Source: Candidatus Woesearchaeota archaeon
Lineage (GTDB): Archaea; Nanobdellota; Nanobdellia; SCGC-AAA011-G17; GW2011-AR17
Assembly (NCBI GenBank): GCA_009691355.1
Contig: SICW01000001.1
Location: 1-40,612 of the forward strand
Direction: 5' to 3'
DNA length: 40,612 bases
The position numbers and the translations under genes are program-made. The notes beneath the pieces were generated by a model, which saw nothing but the letters and a program-made list of their open reading frames with translations, did no database searches and was not told the DNA's origin. Shown piece by piece: positions 17,890 to 25,841 of the stretch; the first letter of the stretch is position 1; each line of letters begins with the position of its first letter.

Positions 17890-20132
17890 GAGTAGATTAT
17901 ATTTCTTGCTTCAGGGGCTTCTCTATTCACTTCTCGAAGATCTTTGTAGATGGTTGAAGTAGATACACCATACACTGCTGCAAGGGATCTTACAAGCTCT
18001 GCTTTAGGCTTTCCTAAACCATATTGCAAAGATCTTTCCCAAACGTCAAACCTTCTGTCTTGCATTTCTCTGTGAAGCATTCCTTCACGTGTATCTGGAA
18101 GAGAATCTGTTTTTAGATCTTGAGCAGTGATTTTTTCATCTAAGCCTTCATTGACAAATCGAATTATTTCTTTTACTGTCATATAGGTTTCTCTATCCCT
18201 TCTCTCTCCCGCTTTCATGTAAAGATCTCGTGCAAGTTCAAGACGCTCTTCTCTTACAACAGAAGGATCAATACTATTAGATGTTGGTTCTCCACTATCT
18301 TGTGTTTGGTTGTACTGACGTGCAACATTGAGAATCACATCTCCCATTAATAATGGGTCTTCTACGAATGGAAGATCTCTTTCTATTTGACGAAGCTCAA
18401 AGTACTCTTGTGTGATTCTTCCTAGGCCGGGAAGTTCTGTACTTTCAAAATTATCGTGCACAATCCTTTCCAAAGATTCTTGTACTTCTTGGGGAAGAGG
18501 AGTTGAAATAAATTCTTTTGGTGCAGCTACAACCAAGGTATCAGCTCTGTAGACTACATTTCTTTTTCCATCTTTCATTCCTTCAGGAGAGAAATCTGCT
18601 CTATGCACAAGAGGAGAAGGATTCTTTTTGTGATCTAAGTTTGCATCAAGAACGTCTCTGGTTAGATCTATGATCGGAGCAACTTTATCCCTGTCTAATG
18701 ACCGAATATGGGTTGTGTTTGCAGATACAACAAGACTAACTTGTTCTGAAGCTAGCCATTGGGCAAGGTCATATAAGGCTTCTCTGTTCCATCCATTTTC
18801 GATCATCGCAGCTATATACTGAGATGTTCCTACACCTGGAAGAACAAATTTTATGCTAAGAGTATCATCAGAAGGATCTGCTCCATCATTAAGATTATAG
18901 GTAAAGATTCTTTCGTCTTCATCTTCTTTTCTTCTTCGACTAGGGAGGATAGCTTCTGCTAAAACGCCTCTTGCTGTATCTTTATCTTTAGGCTCTGCAC
19001 TTTTTACAATAGGACCTTCTACAGGAGCTTGTGCAACTTGTGTTTGTTCTATAGTGAGTTCTAAAGGAACTTCTGCATAAATAACATTTCTTGTTGGATC
19101 TTTTAATCCTTTAAGAGTCAATCTTTCTTTATAGACATCATCAGGATTTTGCTCTGCAATCACTTCTACAAGACCAAGGACTTTACGCAACTCCACTTTT
19201 GTTGCATGAGGCAAATCTCTTTGCGTTGCACGAAGCTTGGACTCTTGCCAACTTAAAGACATAGCTGCAAGATTTTCAAGACTATCATTTTGTGCAATAA
19301 CTGCAGCATAATTTGCAAGGCCAAGACCTTTGATAGGACGGATAGTAAGAGTATTATTTTCATACGTGAATATCTTTTGTGACTTACCAGCTACTGAGAT
19401 GGGTAACTCTGTCATTTCAGGAAGAGGTTCTTCAATATGGACTCTTGTTTCTGGAAGAGGAAGGGGAGATTCAGCTACAATAGGCTCTGGTTTATGAGAA
19501 GCATTATAATTAAGAAAACTGGTTACTACTCCACATCCGATTATAGCTGCTCCTTGTATAGCAAGGCGAGTACCAAGAATTATACCTGTAGGCAAATAAC
19601 TTGGAGATGGAGATCTTTTTGGAACGGATGTAAAAGGAAGAGGAGATTCTTTAACCACTTTAGGCTCTTTTGGAACATAAGGAAGGGGTGCAGCTGGATC
19701 TTCTTCTGCAAGTGCTGGTAAAGGTTCATTATCAGTTGCTCCGCTTGCCCCAGGTAGAACATCTACTCTTCCGGTTGAGCCTACAACAATAGTATCTCTT
19801 TGATATGTTGGGGCATCTTGTACGCGATCAGAGCCACCCAAGGCAAGAAGACCATTATCTACAACTTGAGGTCCATCAGGATCAGTATGCACTTCTCTAG
19901 GATGGACGTGATATACAGCAATTTGCATTGCTCTGCTACCATCACTAGAAGGTACAAGCCTTTTTCCAAGAACAAGGTCTTCTGATTGGAGATGTACTTC
20001 AGCTTTTCCCATTAATAGCTTTATAGCCATGGGAGTCATACCATCTGTTCTTAATTTCTGTTTTAATGCAGGAATATCTCCTCCAGTTCTCATTTGGTGT
20101 ACAACTTCATCTAACACTTTATTATCAGTCAT
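17886..20132 (-). CDS. Large orphan single-pass membrane protein with internal duplication and C-terminal helix-turn-helix
   Basis: 748 aa. A TM helix spans about aa 181-206 (GIILGTRLAIQGAAIIGCGVVTSFL). There are Pro-rich EPLP/SPLP linkers and two homologous modules (aa ~254-357 and ~409-535). The C-terminal LVRSLAAVYGVSTSTIYKDLREV looks like an HTH. Confidence 0.6.
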   Translation of the reverse strand: MTDNKVLDEVVHQMRTGGDIPALKQKLRTDGMTPMAIKLLMGKAEVHLQSEDLVLGKRLVPSSDGSRAMQIAVYHVHPREVHTDPDGPQVVDNGLLALGGSDRVQDAPTYQRDTIVVGSTGRVDVLPGASGATDNEPLPALAEEDPAAPLPYVPKEPKVVKESPLPFTSVPKRSPSPSYLPTGIILGTRLAIQGAAIIGCGVVTSFLNYNASHKPEPIVAESPLPLPETRVHIEEPLPEMTELPISVAGKSQKIFTYENNTLTIRPIKGLGLANYAAVIAQNDSLENLAAMSLSWQESKLRATQRDLPHATKVELRKVLGLVEVIAEQNPDDVYKERLTLKGLKDPTRNVIYAEVPLELTIEQTQVAQAPVEGPIVKSAEPKDKDTARGVLAEAILPSRRRKEDEDERIFTYNLNDGADPSDDTLSIKFVLPGVGTSQYIAAMIENGWNREALYDLAQWLASEQVSLVVSANTTHIRSLDRDKVAPIIDLTRDVLDANLDHKKNPSPLVHRADFSPEGMKDGKRNVVYRADTLVVAAPKEFISTPLPQEVQESLERIVHDNFESTELPGLGRITQEYFELRQIERDLPFVEDPLLMGDVILNVARQYNQTQDSGEPTSNSIDPSVVREERLELARDLYMKAGERRDRETYMTVKEIIRFVNEGLDEKITAQDLKTDSLPDTREGMLHREMQDRRFDVWERSLQYGLGKPKAELVRSLAAVYGVSTSTIYKDLREVNREAPEARNIIYS

Positions 20133-20255
20133 TTTGAATATCCTTTATTTAGGTTATAACTCTGGAGGGACTAATTTTAGTATATAAAGGTTTTGGTTTT
20201 GTTTTTTACAGCTTTTTGTTGCATTTTTTTAGGCCATTTTCTCAGTGAGTAATAG

Positions 20256-20268
20256 AAATATATTTAAA
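20256..20268 (+). promoter_or_regulatory. TATA-like box for tRNA-Asn
   Basis: AAATATATTTAAA ends 26 nt upstream of the mature tRNA 5' end. Confidence 0.4.
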
Positions 20269-20319
20269 GTGTCCAAAACTTTTAGCATTTTACGCCCTGG
20301 TAGCTCAGCGGTGGAGCAC

Positions 20320-20350
20320 TTTTAGAAATATTTGTGTTTCTAGAGCTTAG
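20320..20350 (+). other. tRNA-Asn intron 1 (31 nt, position 27/28, non-canonical)
   Basis: The BHB-like fold has a central helix GAGC(20314-17)/GCTT(20345-48). The 3-nt bulges are AC|T and AG|G. The inner 8-bp helix is TTTAGAAA/TTTCTAGA. Confidence 0.7.
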
Positions 20351-20360
20351 GCGGCTGTTA

Positions 20361-20387
20361 ACTCAGCACAATACTGCTGGACTAGAT
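20361..20387 (+). other. tRNA-Asn intron 2 (27 nt, canonical position 37/38)
   Basis: The bulges are TA|A and AT|A. The central helix CTGT/CTAG pairs at 3 of 4 positions. The inner helix is TCAGCA/TGCTGG. Confidence 0.65.
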
Positions 20388-20604
20388 ACCGCGCGGTCGG
20401 CGGTTCGATCCCGTCCCAGGGCGTATTTTTCTTTTTTTACACATTTCTTCTACAGACCCTATGTATAACTTACCATTAAGAATTGCAAGCCTTTCTACAG
20501 TTGTTGAATGAGAAATGTATTTCTTATACTCTTGCCATAGTTTTGGGTTTTTTATTCTCATTTTGGGATACTTTCTTAGTAATAAAAATAGATTATAAGG
20601 TTGG

Positions 20605-20629
20605 CGCGGGGGCGTGCCGGGTGTCCAAG
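20605..20629 (+). repeat. GC-rich 25-nt element, copy 1
   Basis: CGCGGGGGCGTGCCGGGTGTCCAAG matches copy 2 at 20 of 25 positions. A TTATA sits 7 nt upstream in both copies. Confidence 0.6.
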
Positions 20630-20640
20630 CTTTCAAAAAG

Positions 20641-20650
20641 TTTTATAAAG
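20641..20650 (+). promoter_or_regulatory. TATA-like box for tRNA-Ile
   Basis: TTTTATAAAG ends 26 nt upstream of the mature tRNA 5' end. Confidence 0.4.
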
Positions 20651-20704
20651 CTCCACAAATTTCAAATTCTATAACGGGCCCGTAGCTCAGCCTGGCTGGA
20701 GCAC

Positions 20705-20726
20705 TAGATCCAAAAGATCTGCTCAT
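20705..20726 (+). other. tRNA-Ile intron 1 (22 nt, position 27/28, non-canonical)
   Basis: The central helix GAGC(20699-702)/GCTC(20721-24) is perfect. The bulges are AC|T and AT|T. The inner helix is AGATC/GATCT with loop CAAAA. Confidence 0.7.
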
Positions 20727-20736
20727 TCGACTGATA

Positions 20737-20748
20737 ACAAAGTCAGGT
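20737..20748 (+). other. tRNA-Ile intron 2 (12 nt, canonical position 37/38)
   Basis: The central helix CTGA(20731-34)/TCAG(20743-46) is perfect. The bulges are TA|A and GT|A. The inner loop is minimal. Confidence 0.65.
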
Positions 20749-20795
20749 ATCGAGAGGTCCTGCGTTCAAATCGCAGCGGGCCCATTTATTTTTTC

Positions 20796-22352
20796 TTAGA
20801 AAAACTCTGCATACAACTTATTTACAGTACGACCAATATTATTTTCATTCACCGCAACAGTAATATTACTTGGTACTCGATGTGGACCAAAATATTGCAA
20901 GCCATTTCTGGTCACAGAAAGTGTATCTGGTGAAATCCTTTCTTGAAGATAGCTACACATATTCCTTATCTCTTCAGAAAGACCATGTGCACTCGTCCCT
21001 ATAGAAATTGAATCAATCGTTGTAGAAATTCCCGTGATAGGAGCGCCTACACCAGCAAAACATTTCATCACTTCTTGTGCAACGCCAGACTCACTGTTCA
21101 TTCCAAAACGTTCAATATGATAAATGGTTGTGCTGGGAACACGACCACCAAGGATAGGCCCGTATCTTGCATTTGCTTGTCCATCGAGTACTTGTATAAT
21201 TCTATCCTGCAGAGTTATTGGACCTGTAATGCCTTCTCCCACAATAGAAACAAGTGCTTGCCTTTCATGCGTCGCGCTCATATTATATCTTGCCCCAAGC
21301 ACTGCTTCTATATCTGATGCTGCGGGTTTTTCTAATTCTGATTCTTCAAAGGCAATAGATACACGACCATTCTCTGTTCCAATCATATCAATAGATATTG
21401 CCCTTGTAGAAAAAACCTCAAAAAGATCTTGGAAAAATTGAGGATCATCTTCTCTTTGCAAAGTGTAGAGTACAAAGCCTTTTTTTGCGGCGATCCCCAC
21501 CAAGGGTTGCTCTGTACATATTCTTTCACGTACAATTCTTGTTCCAGGATCCTGAGGATGAAAAAGTGAACGAACTGTAATAGGCACGCCAGCTTTTCTT
21601 GACCAAGACATTGCTTCTTCTTGTAAGACTGTACTTCCTCCATAGGCTAATTCACGAAGTTCACGATATGTAAGAATGCGCATGACTGTTGCAGTAGGGA
21701 CATAGCGTGGGTCTGCTGCACAAATTCCAGATTCTTCTTTTAAGTTGACGTACTCAGATGCACGAAGCGTTGCTGCAAGCACATCTGCTGTGAGATCAGA
21801 ACCTCCACTGGGTAAAACAATGGTTCTCCCTTCTTGACTTCTCCCGTAGAAACCGCCAATGACATAGACGTCATCAGATCCATCAAATGGTGTTCTATGT
21901 ACTCCAATGACTTTCCCACTTCTAGAATTGTTTGTTGTTATAAGTGCATCACGTGCATCCACCCAACGGGAGGCTAGCCCACATATATTGAAATAACGAT
22001 TCACTTGCCATGCTTGTGCATGTTCTCCAAGAAAAAGAATATCATCTTCACTTGTTGATCTTGCAAAGCCTTCATCAAGAATATTCCTCTCAAACTTGAT
22101 ACCCAAAGGAGTAGCTATAGATTCATACATTGCTATAATATTTTCTGCCGTGTCTTCTCCCTTTGCTTTTCTTCGAAGAAGTTCGGTAACACGGTTGTCT
22201 CTTCTCTCTCCTTCACGTGCAGGTGCAGAAACAACAAGAACAACTTTGTTTCCAGCATGGACTTCTTTTCTTACTTCTGCTTCTAGAAGTTGGTATCCTT
22301 GCGCAGAACCAGTAGACATTCCCCCAGACTTGAGAACCTTAATAGGTTTCAT
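20796..22352 (-). CDS. Aspartate kinase-like protein (amino-acid kinase domain plus ACT-type C-terminal region)
   Basis: It has KVLKSGGMS (compare KFGGTS), VVLVVSAP, LPSGGSDLTADVLAATL, GICAADPRYVP and LAYGGSTVLQ. The C-terminal part is about 200 aa with ACT-like repeats. It overlaps lysA by 14 nt. Confidence 0.7.
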   Translation of the reverse strand: MKPIKVLKSGGMSTGSAQGYQLLEAEVRKEVHAGNKVVLVVSAPAREGERRDNRVTELLRRKAKGEDTAENIIAMYESIATPLGIKFERNILDEGFARSTSEDDILFLGEHAQAWQVNRYFNICGLASRWVDARDALITTNNSRSGKVIGVHRTPFDGSDDVYVIGGFYGRSQEGRTIVLPSGGSDLTADVLAATLRASEYVNLKEESGICAADPRYVPTATVMRILTYRELRELAYGGSTVLQEEAMSWSRKAGVPITVRSLFHPQDPGTRIVRERICTEQPLVGIAAKKGFVLYTLQREDDPQFFQDLFEVFSTRAISIDMIGTENGRVSIAFEESELEKPAASDIEAVLGARYNMSATHERQALVSIVGEGITGPITLQDRIIQVLDGQANARYGPILGGRVPSTTIYHIERFGMNSESGVAQEVMKCFAGVGAPITGISTTIDSISIGTSAHGLSEEIRNMCSYLQERISPDTLSVTRNGLQYFGPHRVPSNITVAVNENNIGRTVNKLYAEFF

Positions 22353-23526
22353 TTCTTATGAGATCCTCCGTTGTTTCTCTTTTTCTAATCAGGGAGTATA
22401 ATCCATTTGAGACAAGAATTTCAGCTGCACGTGGTTGTCCATTGTATTGTGAGCCCATGATGAAACCATATGCACCTACAATTTGTATTGCAAGAATGTC
22501 TCCTTCTTTTATTTTTGGCAAGGAACGATCTTTTGCAAAACAATCCGTACTCTCACATATGGGACCAACAACAGTATACTTTTCTGTTTCTGGAAGTGCA
22601 TCATCATTTGCAAGTACAATTGGATGATATGCACCATAGAGCATAGGCCGGATTAAGGTTGTCATTCCTGCATCGACACCAATGAATTTTTCTTTTATAG
22701 TAGTTACCTTTGTAAGGAGTGTTCCTGACTGGGCAACAATATATCTTCCTGGTTCTAGGACTAAAGTTGCAGGAGATTTCTTTACACGTTGTATTCTTTC
22801 TCCAACTGCTTTCAGGTTTAAAGGTTTTTCAAAAGGCTCATAGGGTACACCAATGCCTCCTCCAATATCCATCCACTCAAAAGTGATCCCCACTTTCTTT
22901 TCAATACTTTCCGCAATTGTTTCTATAGTCAATATCAGTTTCTCAAAATAAGCTTCATCTAAAATACAAGAACCAGTCATCATGTGAATACCGAAATGCT
23001 GGACACCCGATTCTTTTGCAAGTTTATAGCATTCTGTAGCCAGTTCTTCCGACATGCCAAACTTTGCATCTTTTCCCCCCACATCAATTTCGGGGAATTT
23101 CCCATTTCCAAAACCAGGATTAATACGGAAGGATATTTTTTTAGGAAGACCTATTTTTTGTAAACGACGAAAAATGGAGATATGATCTAAATTCATGAGA
23201 ATACCGGTGGATAATGCTTTCTTTAAATCTTCATCAGAAGGGTTTGTCGAAGTGAATACTGATCTTTTAAGATCAAAACCCGCTTTCTCTGCAAGTTCTA
23301 GTTCAAAACGATTTGAACAGTCTACACCTAGTCCTTGCTGTGCAATGAGCTTTAGAATGGAGAGGTTGGGATTTGCTTTTATTGCATAACAGATATGTGC
23401 TTGAGGAAATGCTTCTTTGAGATCATTTATTCTTTGGAGAATAATTTGTTTGTCATAGACATAAAGAGGAGTACCAAACTCCTTTGCTAGGGTTACTGCT
23501 GAGATTCCACCAATTTGTCTTTCCAT
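22339..23526 (-). CDS. lysA: Diaminopimelate decarboxylase-type (fold III PLP) decarboxylase
   Basis: It has CYAIKANPN (the PLP lysine), GGGIGVPY, EPGRYIVAQSG and VGPICESTD. Confidence 0.75.
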   Translation of the reverse strand: MERQIGGISAVTLAKEFGTPLYVYDKQIILQRINDLKEAFPQAHICYAIKANPNLSILKLIAQQGLGVDCSNRFELELAEKAGFDLKRSVFTSTNPSDEDLKKALSTGILMNLDHISIFRRLQKIGLPKKISFRINPGFGNGKFPEIDVGGKDAKFGMSEELATECYKLAKESGVQHFGIHMMTGSCILDEAYFEKLILTIETIAESIEKKVGITFEWMDIGGGIGVPYEPFEKPLNLKAVGERIQRVKKSPATLVLEPGRYIVAQSGTLLTKVTTIKEKFIGVDAGMTTLIRPMLYGAYHPIVLANDDALPETEKYTVVGPICESTDCFAKDRSLPKIKEGDILAIQIVGAYGFIMGSQYNGQPRAAEILVSNGLYSLIRKRETTEDLIRNETY

Positions 23527-23561
23527 GACTTCTGAGGGAATAAAATAAGAATTTAAAAAGC

Positions 23562-25589
23562 TTAGCCTATGCGGCAGCCAGGCCTTGCAGTTTTTTCAGG
23601 ACTGAGAATGATGAGTTTTTCATCAGAGTCAGCTGCAAGAAGCATTCCATGACTTTCTACACCCCGAATTACTGCTGGTTGTAAATTCGTAAAGACAGCA
23701 ATTTGTTTTCCTATAAGCTCTTCTGCTTTGTAATGCTGTCGTATTCCTGCTACGATTTGTCTTGCCTTTTCTTCTCCTACGTCTACTTGTAAAATGTAGA
23801 GACGATCTGCATTTGGATGGGGCTCTACTTTCAGAATCTTTCCTACTTTGAATTTCATTTTTTCCCAGTCAGAAAATGGAACGGATGCTTCTGCTTCTGA
23901 TTTTGTGGAAGGCACTGTTTGTTTCTCCTCTTTCTTGAAGTAATTTGTAATTTTTGAAGTTTTCTCTTTTAATTCTTCAATCTTTTGATCTTCTAATTTA
24001 GTAAAAAGAAGTTCTGCCTTGTTTATTTTGTGTTTAGGCTTGAGGGTCTGCTTCGTTAGAGTTTTAAAATCAGATTCTTTACTATTGAGCATTCCTAATA
24101 TTTTCTTTGATGTTGCTGGAAGATATGGCTGTATAATAAGAGCAAGAGTCTTAGAAAGGTTTAAACAAATATACACGACAGTATTTGCGTGCTTCGTATC
24201 TCTCCAGGGTTCATTCTCTTGGAAATATTTATTCCCCATTGTAGATAATTTCATGATCTCATCCATAGCAATACGAAGTTCTACTTTTTCATATGCAGAA
24301 AGAATAACTTTGATTTGTTTGTCTACATCTTTCAAGAATTTGTTATCCTTACTTGTTAAAGAAGGAATTGGGATTTGACTTTCAAAATTTTTGTTTGTAA
24401 ATGTAATTGTTCGATTAATAAAATTCCCGAGATTAGCAACAAGTTCATTATTCACTTTGTCTTGAAAATCAGACCATAAAAATTCTGTATCTCTTGTTTC
24501 TGGAATTAAGTATGCCATATAATATCTCCAGTATTCTGGAGAAAGATCTATCTTTGGGAGATTTTCACAAAAAATGCCACGATTGTTACTTTTCGAAAAT
24601 TTTCCTCGTTCATAATTTAAGTATTGAACACCCACGACATTATATGGAAGGTTGATGTCTTTATGTGCTAACAACAACCCAGGAAAAAATATCGTGTGAA
24701 AAGGAATATTGTCTTTTCCTACAAAATGATATATCTTTGCCTTGGGATCTGTCCAATATTGTTTCCACTTTGTTTTATTCCATTCTTTGGTGCTAGAAAT
24801 GTACCCTAGTGGTGCTTCTGCCCAAACATACCATACAAATTGTTCATACCCTTTTATAGGAACTTGAATTCCCCACTTTAAATTTCTTGTAATGCAACGA
24901 GGTTTTAATCCATCACGAATCCAAGCTAAAGCTAAGTTTTTTACTTGTGGACGCAATTGTTTATTTTTCTCTAACCATTTTTCAATCTTGGAAGAAAGCT
25001 TTTCTAAATCTAAAAATAAGTGGGAGATTTCTTTAAATTCTATTTTATTTGAACCACAAGCTTTACATTTTGCTTTCAGAAGCTTCTCTGGATCTAATAA
25101 AATTCCACAACTTTCACATTGATCTCCTCGAGCATTTTCATATCCACATTTTGGGCAGGTTCCCTCAATATATCTATCTGCAAGTTCTCTTTTACAAGAT
25201 AAACAATGAGGAAGTTTAATTTTTTTTTCAGAGATGTACCCATTTTTGTACACCATTTTTAGAAATTCATTTGCGGTTTCATGATGGATTTTTCTACTTG
25301 ATCTTGAAAAATTATCATAACTTATTTCAAACCATTCATAAATCTCTTTATGAATCTTATAGAAAATGTCACAAAGCTCTTGAGGGCTAACTCCATTTTG
25401 TTGCGCAGCTATTTCACTTGCTGTTCCATGTTCATCAGTTCCTCCAATGAAAATAGTATCATATCCAGCTAAACGACAATACCGTGCAAAAACATCAGCA
25501 GGATAATGAGAACCGACCATATTTCCTAAGTGAGGAACATTGTTTGTATAAGGAAGTGCTGCTGTGATAAGTCTTTTTTCTTTAACCAT
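23562..25589 (-). CDS. metG: Methionyl-tRNA synthetase with C-terminal tRNA-binding (Trbp111/EMAPII-like) domain
   Basis: It has PYTNNVPHLGN, KFSKS, Cys knuckles (CLSCKREL, CPKCG, CESCG) and a C-terminal KVGKILKVEPHPNADRLYILQVDVG. I prefer the ATG at 25589 over the TTG at 25616. Confidence 0.95.
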   Translation of the reverse strand: MVKEKRLITAALPYTNNVPHLGNMVGSHYPADVFARYCRLAGYDTIFIGGTDEHGTASEIAAQQNGVSPQELCDIFYKIHKEIYEWFEISYDNFSRSSRKIHHETANEFLKMVYKNGYISEKKIKLPHCLSCKRELADRYIEGTCPKCGYENARGDQCESCGILLDPEKLLKAKCKACGSNKIEFKEISHLFLDLEKLSSKIEKWLEKNKQLRPQVKNLALAWIRDGLKPRCITRNLKWGIQVPIKGYEQFVWYVWAEAPLGYISSTKEWNKTKWKQYWTDPKAKIYHFVGKDNIPFHTIFFPGLLLAHKDINLPYNVVGVQYLNYERGKFSKSNNRGIFCENLPKIDLSPEYWRYYMAYLIPETRDTEFLWSDFQDKVNNELVANLGNFINRTITFTNKNFESQIPIPSLTSKDNKFLKDVDKQIKVILSAYEKVELRIAMDEIMKLSTMGNKYFQENEPWRDTKHANTVVYICLNLSKTLALIIQPYLPATSKKILGMLNSKESDFKTLTKQTLKPKHKINKAELLFTKLEDQKIEELKEKTSKITNYFKKEEKQTVPSTKSEAEASVPFSDWEKMKFKVGKILKVEPHPNADRLYILQVDVGEEKARQIVAGIRQHYKAEELIGKQIAVFTNLQPAVIRGVESHGMLLAADSDEKLIILSPEKTARPGCRIG

Positions 25590-25841
25590 AAAAATCACTT
25601 TTTGAACGAATACCAAAATAAAAGTTTCTTCGCTTTATATTCTTTATTGCTTGACTTATAGCTTTTTGTTTGTTTTTATGCTTAGAATACTTCTTTAACT
25701 CTTCAAGAAGCTTTAAAAGACAATTCTTTCGAGAGATATTAAGAGGTTAGGTTCTCATCTATGTAAAAGCTTTTTAATTCTTGCTTAGAAAGAGATACTC
25801 TTTTGATAATTCTAAAACCAGGATTTTAGTTATATATCTGA

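Larger units (their letters stand above)
20294..20423 (+). tRNA. tRNA-Asn (GUU) with two introns
   Basis: Acceptor stem GCCCTGG/CCAGGGC. D arm GCTC-AGCGGTG-GAGC. Anticodon stem C+GCGG/CCGCG forms after intron removal. Loop CTGTTAA, anticodon at 20357-20359. Variable loop CGGTC. T arm GGCGG-TTCGATC-CCGTC. Discriminator G, then a T-run. No CCA is encoded. Confidence 0.8.
20676..20784 (+). tRNA. tRNA-Ile (GAU) with two introns
   Basis: Acceptor stem GGGCCCG/CGGGCCC. D arm GCTC-AGCCTGGCTG-GAGC. Anticodon stem C+TCGA/TCGAG forms after intron removal. Loop CTGATAA, anticodon at 20733-20735. Variable loop AGGTC. T arm CTGCG-TTCAAAT-CGCAG. Discriminator A, then a T-run. Confidence 0.8.

Noticed and set aside
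20605-20629. GC-rich element interpreted as a split-tRNA 5' half, or as a fragment of SRP RNA, RNase P RNA or 5S rRNA.
   Set aside because: GCGGGGG could be an acceptor strand, but there is no U8, no closable D arm and no partner 3' half nearby. I could align no conserved SRP, RNase P or 5S motif.
25617-25830. Possible decayed HTH-type gene on the minus strand of the metG upstream spacer. The fragments are RVSLSKQELKSFYIDENLTS, then, in another frame, ISRKNCLLKLLEELKKYSKHKNKQKAISQAIKNIKRR.
   Set aside because: There is no start codon, it needs a frameshift, and it is only about 60 codons of Lys/Leu-rich sequence that AT-rich DNA produces by chance. It is worth a search but is not supportable as a pseudogene.
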